The notes beneath the pieces are model-generated. The model searched no databases, was not told where the DNA came from, and worked only from the letters and a program-made list of their open reading frames with translations. A DNA stretch of 64,000 nt from the NCBI GenBank assembly GCA_051294375.1, contig CM119267.1, positions 24,873,783-24,937,782 of the forward strand, read 5' to 3'. The position numbers were made by a program, and so were the translations under genes. The stretch is from Paraspadella gotoi. Taxonomy: Eukaryota > Animalia > Chaetognatha. Positions 26,893 through 39,731 of this stretch are shown here, one piece after another. Position 1 is the first letter of the stretch. Each line of letters starts with the position of its first letter.

Positions 26893-29800
26893 TCAACCGT
26901 GAAATACCCCAAATTTATCAGTGAAGAAAACAATTGCTCCCCAAAGCATCAGAACGAAAACGCCGGGTATGCAGCGGCAGCCGGCGCCGCAAGCGTAAAA
27001 CTGAGGATCGAGAGCGTCGCAAAAGGGCTGGAGCGATCCGTCGACGAGAGGATGGAAGAAATAGTCGTCGTTGTCATCGTCGCAAAGACCTCGTCTCAAA
27101 ATCAACGACATCAAAGGATAAACGTCCACAGTTCGCGGCAAAGAAGAAAGAGCTACGCCGCGATGAAAGGCTGGACCGCGCGCTAAGAAGACGCCTCGCA
27201 TTTCCGCCAGGGTGTGGACGTATCCGTGGTCGCCGCTGCGGAGGGTATATTTGGCCTTCTCTTCGGGGCCGACGACCACGCCGAAGCCTGGAAGATGAAG
27301 AGGACGTGATTAAGACTGACACAGCACCACTAGAGTGATGTGAAAATAATAAAATTTGAAAAAATTAAAATTTAGCATATAAAACATGAACATAAAAACC
27401 ATTAAAAATACTTTGGTAAATTTTTTTTTAAATTTTATACATTAGTGGGCACCAGTGAGCTATATTTATATATAATAATAAGTATATAATAGGCTAAAAT
27501 TTTAAAATGTAAATTTTAAAATTTTAAGATCGGATTTGGATTCCTTGCAAAAAGTTGATATAAGAAAGTATAATTCTTTTTTAAAAATTCTTTTATTAAG
27601 TTAGTCAAAAATATAAAAAACTATATTTAAGATACCGATTTTCAATTTCCAGCTTAAAAAAATAGTTTTTTGTAATTTTAACCTACTTAAGTACATAATT
27701 TTTGAAAAAGATTTATATTTTCTTTTATCAACAAAGGAGAGATAATGAACGTTTTTAAACTATAACCCTGAATTCTTTCTAACTGGTTCGCGTTTATCAA
27801 AATGTCTCTATTACGTTTTTACAAATGTTTTTAAGNNNNNNNNNNNNNNNNNNNNNNNNNAACTCACTTTAAGAAAAGGTCATTCATTTAACTTCAAAAT
27901 AGGCAAAATGGAGTACAAATTCAGAAAGCTGAGCTCCTGGCGATTCCGAAAATGTATTCACTTTAAGCATTTGATGCATTCTACCCCATTTTATATCGGT
28001 TTTAATTATAATATAAAATAAAAGAAACCTATCTAAGAGTTGCAGGTCAAACGAAAAGGCCAATCCATCTGATATTTTTTATGATTTTTTTATTACCGAA
28101 TTAGAAAAATGTAATAGAGAAACATTTTTTAAATTTCAACTTGTATCCTTGAAAATGAAACGTTTTTAAACTAACCCTGAATTCTTTCTAACTGGTTCGC
28201 GTTTATAAAATGTCTCTCTATTACGTTTTTACAAATGTTTTTAAGATTGCTAATCAAATTTTTAATTCAATATTATTGCAGTCGTAAAGGCTGCAACTCT
28301 TCAAATTCAGTAGTAGCTCGAATTTCTTTACCATCTATTTAACTGAAGATTTTGTTCATGACTGGAAACCAACAGAGTAACGAAATTAATTGTTTAATCT
28401 CTCCCTTCTAAACTATCCATACCATCTCGAACAAAACCTCGTACGTTTTTAAAATCGGCTAATAAATAAATGATTTTTTCGCTTACGAAGTTTTTATTCG
28501 TTACCGAATTCCGATCGAATAAAAAAATTTAAAAATCGATTTCGTTTTTTGTTAAAGTTTTCGATCTTATAATTCATTATAATTTTTAAATGAGAAAATA
28601 TTTTTTAAAAAAATGTATATGAAATTGGTACAACTAAATATAAAAATTATCCATTCATTTAATAATTAAGCTATCTTGCCCATTACTTTGGACAGGTTTT
28701 GGTGGTTTAAGGCCTCCATCACTCTTACAAGATAATGGCAGGTCTCTGCAAGCTTTTAATGAAGACTCACTCACAGTCTGGTTTATACACTCTCAGAGTA
28801 CCTGGCTTCCTTATCAAGGAAGTCGAATAATGTTTCAAAGAATATTTACAATTCAAATTGCACATAGATTTAAATGGTTCATCGCTTTTCTTTGTAAGTC
28901 GCTATGCCTATGGTTAACATTAATTATTTAGTTACTATGGTAATGGCAAAAAACAATTATAATTATTAGCATTTTATCATAATTTTTTAGCCACACTACG
29001 AATAAGTAAGACGAATAATTAAGTGAAAAAGAATCATATAATGAAAAAAATATTTTTGAACAATTTTAAATGTCAAATATCAAAAGTAAACCAGAAGCGC
29101 AGAGACGACCGCTGCCAGGAAGATCTGGCAAAACGCTGCGTCTTTAGGAGTGCCGAGAGAAAACCGTGCAGCGGCACCAAATCCAAATAAAGAGCGAGCC
29201 AGGGTCGCCGCGCCTTTACTTGACAGTGAACGAATGAGAGGTGGCCTGAATCCCAGCGAAGAGAGACAATCTCTGAGGGCGATGGGCCAGAGAAAAGAGA
29301 GCGTTGGAACAAGGAACTCGGCGAGACTGGAAGTTGTGACGATTCGAGGATGCGCAGTGATGAGGCTGCAAACCAAGGAGAAAATGACCAACGTGAAACC
29401 AAATTATTACTTTCTTTTTAAAATCTTTTTAAACAAGTTTGAGCAAACATGTCGGATCTGCAAGTTAAGAAAAAGATGCAAGTTAAAAAAATGATACAAG
29501 TTGAAAAAATGACGCGAATTTTAAAAAATGATGCAAATTGAAAAAATGATATGAGTTGAAAAAAATGAGTGAGTGGAAAAAATGAGCGAGTTAAAAAAGA
29601 TTTTAAAAATTTGTGATTTATCATCTGATTAGCTGATTACCGCTTAATTATCGTAAGCAGATCCGACATTGTTTGCTCAAACTTGTTTTTTGATATCCAG
29701 TTCACTAATCATAATTTAATCAAAAACTGATTAAACAATGAAAGCGCAAAAAAAATTATTATAAAGTCTTGTCGGTTGACGAGTATGAATAACAAGTCGG

Positions 29801-32800
29801 GTCACTCTCAATTCCCAATATTTTACCAACTGCAATACTTTATATCTTAAAAAATGATAATTTTAATCTAAAGGTAAATTTTTGTCAATCAACGTTTCAT
29901 TTAACATATTAAAATACAAACCTGAAAAGATATTTCCAAAAAAACAATGAATTTGTTGAAGTTGAAACTCCAGTAGTTATTTTTTCAATGTTTGGAAATC
30001 TGTTTCTTTGACGGATTCGTTGATGCAGACCAAAAAGAAAAAAAAAAAAAACAGAAAAAAACGATTTCGACGCGGTAAGATCTTTTCGATTCGATAAACG
30101 ATCTTTTAAAACCGTACGAGGTTTGTTTGAGATGCCATGTTTTAACTTCTTACCTAGAATTTTTTAACAACCAGATTGAAAAACAAATCTTTTAAAAATG
30201 TGCTTACCCATTTAACTTAACAATTTTGTTATTTACCCATTTAAAAAAAATTATTGAAAAACGGAATGTTTACTTATAAATAAGAATTATTTTTTTGTTG
30301 ATTACTGATGACTATAATGTATTTCTCGATATATTAGCTCTAACACATCAATGATTACGTATTGTTATTCGCTGATATGACCTTTCCTCTTAACGAGAAA
30401 TCTGAATCTGTTCTCAGAATTTAAAAAAAAAAAAAACATTTTGAAATTTTGACATATATAAGGGTAGTACTATATACAAAATAAGCTGACTGGGCTACTA
30501 CATTTGTAAAAAAAGAAAAATAACTACAAATTAGTATTCACTAATATGATAGTTTTCAAGATATAATTTAGATACCTCACTCGAGAGCCAATATTATTTT
30601 ATTTTTTTATATATTTTTATGCCGGTCCTGGAGGATGATATCAATATTCACTTGCAAGAAACCGTTTTTAAATTCCTACAATGGTTTCGAGATATAGTCA
30701 TAAACGTCAGCCTTGAAAGGCAAAATTTGTCAGAATAAAATTTTCGAGTTTCTTTCTTAGATTTCTGACGCGCTAGTACAAACTATTTAAAAAAAAGAGA
30801 AACGTTTTGCTGATTTCTTCCAGCATAATCCATTAAATGTGTAAGACGATGGGTAAACCTGAAAGTGATATGTCTCTAGAGGACGCGAAAATTTTTCTTT
30901 AAGTTTTATTTTAAAATTTAGGTATTGTACCAATAGGATAAATTGAGATACTCCCGCTTTGCTGAAATTTTTATTTAACAAAGATTTGTACTGCGTAGTT
31001 CAAATCCTTAGTTCTCTCACGGTAAAAAAAGTTATTTTCTTAAATAACTTTGGAAAGAAAAGAGGTAGGAAGTGGCTGAGGTATTAAATTAAAGCCCTAA
31101 TCATGGGACACCTCTCTGAAATAGTTTTATTAAATTTTATCCATAAATCTTTACACAGCTTTTATTTAATCGGAGTTAAAGTATAACCGTTTTTTGCATT
31201 AAAAATTTCAATGAAAGGCATGTGAAATTTTTTTTCTTCTTTCGTAATTTTGAAAAAGGAAAGACTAAATTACATTTTGATTACCATAAATTTGCTCTAC
31301 TCTATAAATTGCTTGTATTTTTTAGTTAAAGTAAAAAAACAAAGCAAAAATTTATGAAGTAGCTGGATAAAATGTTTTTTTAAATTATGAAAAATGATAA
31401 ATACAAAAATTTTTCAGATTGATATAAACAGTCTGGACGTCTACCTTCTTGTCTGTGAAAAAAAAAATGTCATTTTTCATTATTCTTCAACTGCAAACAA
31501 AAGCTTGACACGCTGCTTGTTTATCATAATAAAATTTTTAAAAAATTACATAGCTGGTGACATATTTGACAAAGCAAGACATCATTGCGTTATTTGTATT
31601 GATAATTTTCTTTTAAATATATAACAACCTTTATACAAGGAATTTAATTCTTTTACTTATCATCCGTTTAAATTAAGAAAAAAAATTTTCGCGGAATAGC
31701 CCATTGGAAAGGCGTTCATTGACTGACTTAATGATCGAATTTTTTAGGTTTCTTTTACTGCCCCCATTTCACAAGACATAAAAGGTCATGATTATCATGT
31801 CAGTATGTCCAGATATCTGTACCCTTTCTGCAACCTGGCATTCTGAATTTTCTTTTTTCCCGTTTCAAATGTATTAAATAAAAAAAATTATTTGAGAGAG
31901 ACGATTTGGCGTGGAGGATGCCATTTGGTAAACCTTAGTTACCCCACTTCCCGATCGATTTTTTTAAACGAGGTTTTTTTTCCATCTATTCGAGACATAA
32001 CACTAACTATTGGTACTATTAATTTTTTATTTTTTTCATGAAATTTTGCGTAATCAGAGAAACGTTTAGCGTGTCAAAAAAATATGAGAAAAAAAAAGGA
32101 AAAACGTTCTGACCAAATTAAAAAATTTATGGAGGATCTATATATTGCTAAATTTCAATTCCAAACTTTCACTTCACCCCTAAGCACCACATTAAACAAA
32201 GTCAATAGCTAATCAAGAAAGAGCAAATAACAACATAACACCTGGATCGGCGAGGACAAAGAGAGGTGGCGCTCTTAGAATTGTTTTTATAGCGCCACTT
32301 CGTCAGGAATCTCTTCTTTGAGGTAAACGGTGACGTTGGGTGAGATGCGACTCATGTTCGCTCGCAACTCCCGAGGGTCGACCCGGGTTTGGGATAAATT
32401 AAACTTACCCGGCGAAGTTCCGAAGGCGTCGAACAAGGCAGAGTCTCTGGATTGGATGGGAAAAAAGGCTTGAAATGCTAGTGTCAAGGCTGTCTTGTCT
32501 TGCGGACAAGCAGATCGAGTACTATTCTATCTTTCTATTCTTTGTAATTTTTAAGACATTTTTTAAAATTTTTAAGAGATTTCTATGATATTTCTCGATT
32601 TCCTTAAAATTTCTTGAGATTTTTTATAATCTTCCGCTGATCTCGCTGTGATCCCTTTGCAATGTCTTGGCGATTTCTTAGGGCCATCTGTGCTCTCTTA
32701 TTGCTAATCAAATTTTTAATTCAATATTATTGCAGTCGTAAAGGCTGCAACTCTTCAAATTCAGTGTAGCTCGAATTTCTTTACCATCTATTTAACTGAA

Positions 32801-35800
32801 GATTTTGTTCATGACTGGAAAACCAACAGAGTAACGAAATTAATTGTTTAATTCTCCCCTTCTAAACTATCCCATACCGTGTTTTAACTTCTTACCTAGA
32901 ATTTTTTAACAACCAGATTGAAAAACAAATCTTTTAAAAATGTGCTTACCCATTTAACTTAACAATTTTGTTATTTACCCATTTAAAAAAAATTATTGAA
33001 AACGGAATGTTTACTTATAAATAAGAATTATTTTTTTGTGATTACTGATGACTATAATGTATTTCTCGATATATTAGCTCTAACACATCAATGATTACGT
33101 ATTGTTATGCTGAATGACCTTTCCTCTTAACGAGAAATCTGAATCTGTTCTCAGAATTAAAAAAAAAAAAACATTTTGAAATTTTGACATTATATAAGGG
33201 TAGTACTATATACAAAATAAGCTGACTGGGCTACTACATTTGTAAAAAAAGAAAAATAACTACAAATTAGTATTCACTAATATGATAGTTTTCAAGATAT
33301 AATTTAGATACCTCACTCGAGAGCCAATATTATTTTATTTTTTTATATATTTTTATGCCGGTCCCTGGAGGATGATATCATATTCACTTGCAAGAAACCG
33401 TTTTTAAAATTCCTAACGAACTGCGGTGGAGTAGTATCTTCACGAAACGGACTGCGGGAGTGATACGGGTCTGAGCGTCCACGAGCGCCATGCCACCAGG
33501 AAGTATGCGTCAAATATGATTTCTTATGTCACGAGTCTCCGAGAAGAATCTATTAATAAAACTATTCCTTTACGGAGTTTAATCGTTTCTTAGATTATCT
33601 GAACGGCGCGATATAGGTTGATATGAGATCTTATTTAAGAGGAAGAGAGAGAAAACGTTGATTGCTTGATCTTTCACAGTCAGTAATACTCATGAAATGT
33701 GGTAAGACGGATGGGAGAGATAAATCTCTGAAACAGTGATATGGTCTCGATCGAGGGACACAGGAAAGTGATCTATGTTCTCTAAGGCGATTAAGTTTTA
33801 TTTTAAAAGTTTTAAGGTATGTGTACCGAATAGGATAAATTGAGATACTCCCGCTTTGCTGAAATTTTTATTTAACAAAGATTTGTACTGCGTAGTTCAA
33901 ATCCTTAGTTCTCTCACGGTAAAAAAAGTTATTTTCTTAAATAACTTTGGAAAGAAAAGAGGTAGGAAAGTGGGTGAGGTATTAAATTAAAGCCCTAATC
34001 ATGGGACACCTCTTGAAATAGTTTTATTAAATTTTATCCATAAATCTTTACACAGCTTTTATTTAAATCGGAGTTAAAAGTATAACCGTTTTTTGCATTA
34101 AAAATTTCAATGAAGGCATGTGAAATTTTTTTTCTTCTTTCGTAATTTGAAAAAGGAAAGACTAAATTACATTTTGATTACATTAAATTTGCTCTACTCT
34201 ATAAATTTGCTTGTATTTTTTAGTTAAAGTAAAAAACAAGCAAAAATTTATGAAGTAGCTGGATAAAATGTTTTTTTAAATATGAAAAATGATAAATCAC
34301 AAAATATTTTCAGATTGATTATAACAGTCTGGACGTCTACCTTCTTGTCTGTGAAAAAAAAATTGTCATTTTTCATTATCTTCAACTGCAAACAAAAAGC
34401 TTGACACGCTGCTTGTTTATCATAATAAAATTTTAAAAAATTACATAGCTGGTGACATATTTGACAAAGCAAGACATCATTGGTTTATTTGTATTGATAA
34501 TTTTCTTTTAAATATAACAACCTTTATACAAGGAATTTAATTCTTTTACTTATCATCCGTTTAAATTAAGAAAAAAAATTTCGCGGAATAGCCCATTGGA
34601 AAGGGTTCATTGACTGACTTAATGATCGAATTTTTTAGGTTTCTTTACTGCCCCCATTTCACAAGACATAAAAGGTCATGATTATCATGTCAGTATGTCC
34701 AGATTATCTGTACCCTTTCTGCAACCTGCATTCTGAATTTTCTTTTTTTCCCTTTCAAATGTATTAAATAAAAAAATTATTTGAGAGAACGATTGGCGTG
34801 GAGGATGCCATTGGTAAACCTTAGTTACCCCACTTCCCGATCGAATTTTTAAACGAGGTTTTTTTTCCATCTATTCGAGACATAACACTAACTATTGGTA
34901 CTATTAATTTTTTATTTTTTTCATGAAATTTTGCGTAATCAGAGAAACGTTTAGCGTGTCAAAAAAATATGGAAAAAAAAGAGAAAAACGTTCTGACAAA
35001 TTTAAAAATTTATGGAGGAATCTGATATAATTGCTAAATTTCAATTCCAAACTTTCACTTCACCCTAAGCACCACATTAAACAAAGTCAATAGCTAATCA
35101 AGAAAGAGCAACATAACAACATAACACCTGGATCGGCGAGGACAAAGAGAGGTGGCGCTCTAGAATTGTTTTTATAGCGCCACTCGTCAGGAATCTCTTC
35201 TTTGAGGTAAACGGTGACGTTGGGTGAGATGCGACTCATGTTCGCTCGCAACTCCCGAGGGTCGACGCCGGGTTTGGGGTAAATTAACTTACCCGGCGAA
35301 GTTCCGAAGGCGTCGAACAAGGCAGAGTCTCTGGATTGGATGGGAAAAAAGGCTTTGAAATGCTAGTGTCAAGGCTGTCTTGTCTTGCGGATCAAAGCAG
35401 ATCGAGTACTATTCTATCTTTCTATTCTTTGTAATTTTTAAGACATTTTTTAAAATTTTTTAAGAGATTTCTATGATATTTCTCGATTTCCTTAAAATTT
35501 CTTTGAGATTTCTTTATAATCTTCCGCTGATCTCGCTGTGATCCCTTTGCAATGTCTTGGCGATTTCTTAGGGCCATCTGTGCTCTCTTTCTCACCTTTC
35601 TTCACAAATTAAGAAAGAGATGTAGTGTGGCGGTATATTCACACCGCCTCACGTCCACCATCCTTCAGCCAAATCCATTGGCTCAGAGGGGGAACACACC
35701 ATCCCAGGCGTAGTGTTCCATCCACAGTCCTAACAACTTCCCTCTGCGTTGGCAAGGCGAGACCGTCCTAGGGTAACCGCGCCAGAGACTGGAGGCGTCA

Positions 35801-37803
35801 CTGAGGGTCGGAAGCCCCCAAAGCCAACAGTGAGATGCCCCATCCCAATGGGCATCACAGGCAACCCGACTGTTGCCATAAGTGGTGAGCCCTACTATCA
35901 AACACGCAACCTTCTCAGGGTACGCTACCACAAACGCCTATGCCCTGCCGACTACGGGTACGCTACAACAAATGCCTATGCCCCTGGGGTACGCTACGAC
36001 AAACGCCTATGCCCCCACAACTCGCGCTCTCTCTCTCTCTCTCTCCCACTATGGTAACAGTCTTGTCAGACACCTCTCAGGCTTGAGGAACCTGGGTGAT
36101 GTCTTGACCCGGGGATCCTGTGGCGGTATATTCACACCGCCTCATGTCCACCATCCTTCAGCCAAATCCATTGAGGGGGAACACACCATCCCAGGCGTAG
36201 TGTTCCATCCACAGTCCTAACGACTTCCCTCTGCGTTGGAAAAGCGAGACCGTCCTAGGGTAACCGCGCCAGTGACTGGAGGCGTCACTGAGGGTCGGAA
36301 GCCCGCAAAGCCAACAGTGAGATGCCCCCATCCCAATGGGCATCACAGGCAACCCGGCTGTTGCCATAGTAGCATCTTTTTACCTATTACCTTGACAGCA
36401 TTATCAAACAATTATTTTCAAGTGAAAGAAAACGACTCACGCAAATTCAGCAAGATCGAAGACGACCGACACGTTGGCCATCCCGTGATCTGCGACGATG
36501 ATGACGTTCGTCCTCGCGGCCAATCCTGTCTCCCGCAGACTTCGGTCAAGATAACCCAACGCATCGTCGCTGATTCGGACGGCCGCGTCTATTTGAGACG
36601 ACTCGGGGCCAAAAAAGTGGCCGACGTGGTCAGCTCCTGGGAAGTAACTGCGAATAAAAGGGGTTCAATTTTAAGGGACAAGTCTATAAAAATAAATCTC
36701 GAGGTGTGGACGTTACATCATCCCGAAGTTGATGGGACGATCCTCGGCCAAAAACCAACTGAGCATCAAATCGATTCTGTCTTCTGCAGGCATCGTTTGG
36801 TTGTAAGGAATGTATTTGAAAATGACGCCTAAAAACGAGAAAGATTTTAGTAGCGCCAAAAGTAATCTCGTTTATCCTACTTTAGTTTTTAATGCTTATA
36901 ACTCGAGTAATACTGGATCATTTTGATTAATTTGTTAATAATAATTATATTTATTGTTTTCCCCTCGGCGGTCGAGTCGGCACCTTTGTCCAAAAAGTCG
37001 ACGCCGTCACCAGGCCAAAAGACAGAGCCGCTGCGACACTCGGCGCAGAGCCGCTGGTTGAGCAGCCAAATGGGGAAAGCGGCGTCGTTTTGGCGCCAGA
37101 ATCTCGTTTCGCTGTTGTTGAGGAAGAAGGGCGCCCCCAATTCGGCGTCGAAGAAGCTGTTGGCTGACGGAAGCGGAGAGTCTTCACAGAGTAGCTCAGA
37201 ACTATTTTCACAGTTTTCGCTGGACGAGCAATTGGGTTCGGACCAAAGAGAAGTCAAGTTTACAAACTTAAACATTAAAGACTACGACATTCTGAGGCAA
37301 ACTTAGAAGCCATTACATAATTAGCATAGCTCATATAAATATCCTGCGTTTCTACAGTTTGGCAAATTGCCGAATTCGTTCACATTTTTATCACCAACGC
37401 GAGAGAGTTCGCCTTCGCTTCCTCACCGATGATCCCGTGTGATTCGGCGAAAAGCCCGGAAGCGATGGTGAAGTGACTCGTGAAAGTTTTGGGGATGAAG
37501 ACCGGCTCCAGTCCCTTCGACGCTACGACTCCCGCATCGCGGAAAGCTTCGAAGGCGGGGAGAGATCCCTTTAGTCGCTCCAAGTAATCGTATCTGGGAG
37601 AAGGAAGAAGTTTTAGAATATTTTCTCGATCCCTCGCTCTCGCTCTCTATCTCTCTCTCTCTCTCTCGCACACGGACACACCTCAACCCGTCAAAAGAGA
37701 TGACGAGAAGAAGATTAGGTTTTTTCTTCGAAGGAAGACATTTTGAATCCACCGCAGCAACGATCACGAAGAATAAAATGAGATTCTTCTTCCTCATCGT
37801 CAT
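26893..37803 (-). CDS. Ectonucleotide pyrophosphatase/phosphodiesterase (ENPP4/5/6/7-like), membrane-anchored
   Basis: Signal peptide then LVISFDGLR; PKTFTSH (catalytic Thr); GLFAESHGII; PIW; FWPG; YFPGADHVGHFFGP; IIVADHGM; YLKEEIP; GDHGY; FLARGPAF; DVYPLM; hydrophobic C-terminus. Exons ~37682-37803, 37426-37593, ~36962-37170, ~36717-36828, ~36441-36647, ~35127-35331, 26893-27287. Confidence 0.9.
27331..27700. repeat. Dispersed AT-rich repeat; reverse copy at ~44440-44800
   Basis: TAGAGTGATGTGAAAAT...TAGTGGGCACCAGTG matches the reverse complement near 44670-44800. Confidence 0.65.
28423..30134. mobile_element. 1.7-kb TIR element present in only one of two duplicated ENPP-intron copies
   Basis: Ends CATCTCGAACAAAACCTCGTACG / CGTACGAGGTTTGTTTGAGATG; the empty site is seen at ~32865-32885. 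Confidence 0.7.
29431..29688. mobile_element. Small MITE with internal satellite-like units
   Basis: TIR AAACAAGTTTGAGCAAAC(A)ATGTCGGATCTGC; the interior has AAAATGATACAAGTTG-type units. Confidence 0.7.
35748..35828 (+). ncRNA. Twister ribozyme, type P5 (LTR1 of copy A)
   Basis: P5 GTTGGC/GCCAAC; P2' GCGA; GA; T1' CCG; P1 TCC-TA-GGG; TAA; P2 CCGC; GC; P3; P4 AGGG-TCGGAAGC-CCCC. Predicted cut U35774|A35775. Confidence 0.8.
36235..36315 (+). ncRNA. Twister ribozyme, type P5 (LTR2 of copy A)
   Basis: Same layout, with perfect P3 CAGTGAC/GTCACTG. Predicted cut U36261|A36262. Confidence 0.8.
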
Positions 37804-39731
37804 AACGAACGAGTACAAATCTCAAATGGACAACTCTCTTTGAATGTGGTGGGAGAAAATAAAAAGATAGAAAAGAATTCTAGACATCAAAGCATAATTT
37901 ATTCGTAAACGATCGTCAGGCTTAATAAATGTAAAAAAATGGTTATTTGCATTATTATTTTTCTTATTAAGTATAAACGCTGCTGCTTAAAGAAATAAAC
38001 TGTAATCAAGAGTGCAATTTTTCTTTTCGTGAACGTAAAGGTGTTTTTTTTTTTTGTTGAGATTATCCGTGATCCGGGAATGTAAAAGAATCATAAAAAC
38101 GAAAAAATATAAAACAAAAGAGGAAATATTAAAAAAAAGTATATGTACGTTCTAAAGTAAGCGTGTCCCAATAAACAATGTAGACTCGTATGTATAATGT
38201 AACGCGCGTAACCGAATCACCAACATGATTAGATAAACATTTGATGATTGTAACAAAGATTCGATCTCTCGATCGTCGGAAAGAACAAAGAAAAATTAAC
38301 AACGCGAACCCAAATCACCAAAAATCAAGTTTTCCCTCCTCCTCCTCCTCCTCCTCCTCTCGATTCCTTCTTTTGGTTAAAGAGTAAATACACCAAGAAA
38401 ATAAAAAAATAGGGAAAAAAATAAATGATTTAGTTGTTTGACTTGGCATAATTAGGTTGATTATTTTCCGTTTTTATATGATAAAAAAATTCAATTATGA
38501 TCGATGAGATGTAGATGAGATATCGACGGGGATAAATCCGAAGGCGACGAAAATCTTTTAATCTATTTTGTTTGTTTGTATCATGTTTAATAATTGTAAT
38601 AATAATGTTAATATCATGATTAAGATCATGATTAAGGACGGCATTAAATGGATTTTCGTTTTGAACGCCGATGTACTCGAACAGCGAATGTCGCGAAAAA
38701 ATTTCAAAGTAAACTTTGAGGAAAAATTAGTATTCAAAAATGGAATCATTAACCGGTGATGATTTAAGCAGAGAAATCTAATAATTCAATTGGGTGATAC
38801 GATCGAGATTTTTCATTCTGTCGTCAACCAACATTTGTAACGACGAAAAACTGACTAATTATCAACCCCCCTCCAAAAAAACAAAAAAACAAAAAAAAAA
38901 AAAAACAAATAATTACATTCAAGGCTAATTTATCTTTTTCATTTTTATTGGCAAGTTGCCACATCGACCATAACCATATATAAATTATATATATATGTGT
39001 AAGTATTAACCTTTTTGCTGAAGGGCATAACGATTTTTTTTCCGTTACATTCGCTAAAACGTATTGTAAAAAGTTGTGTTACGACTAGATTATCGGTACA
39101 TTTCGGCCCATTATAAGTATTAATACGTGGTATATCAATTGTTAGTTGCTATCGATTGTACTCTGCTTAGAGAGAGATTTGAATAAAAAAAACCACCAAA
39201 AAATTGGACGCTGGATGGATAAAAATGATAAAGGAGCGACGGCGGTGACTTCACCTCTTTTAATTTTTCGTATCGTGATTAAATTAAAATGTTAAAGACT
39301 AAAGAACTCGGAATGAAATAGTCGAACTTGGTAAAAAAAGAAAAATAAAAGAAGGGCACTCGTGGATTTTTTTCGTTTCTTTTTTCAACGAAATCGAACT
39401 CAATTGATTTTTTTTCTTAAAATTTAGCTTCGGTTTCCGAACGCACGACTTTGACCCACTATTTGCTGCATAATATAAAGTAATTATGGATCAGTTTTAC
39501 ATATATTTCTTATTCTTTTTGATTTATTTTACTAGGCCGCCAGTATATTCGATTTATTTACTTCCTTATAGTAATATAATTAAAGCAAAGATCAATATCC
39601 CGCGATCGGAGACGATAAAATAACAGTTGCCGAAGCAGTCCTCCCAAATGGGCCGGCGGCCAAATTGGACGTCAGAGGTTCAACTTCTTGGGCCGATTCC
39701 GCGGAACGCCTCCTTCCCTCACGAATCGGGG

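Larger units (their letters stand above)
28247..35590. repeat. Tandem duplication (28247-32700 vs 32701-35590) including one ENPP exon; probably two haplotypes or an assembly artefact
   Basis: Near-identical sequence that differs mostly by homopolymer indels; the exon copy at ~32242-32447 is frameshifted; ~33415-33830 is garbled. Confidence 0.8.
35626..36368 (+). mobile_element. Complete TRIM-like LTR element with twister ribozymes (copy A)
   Basis: LTRs 35626-35880 and 36119-36368 (TGTGGC...GCCATA); TSD GTAG; PBS-like TGGTGAGCCC 2 nt after LTR1; short purine run before LTR2; ~240-bp non-coding interior. Confidence 0.92.

Noticed and set aside
32242-32447. Mutually exclusive duplicated ENPP exon
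   Set aside because: Near-identical to the intact copy apart from indels that look like long-read errors, and close to an N gap; an artefact or haplotype is more likely.
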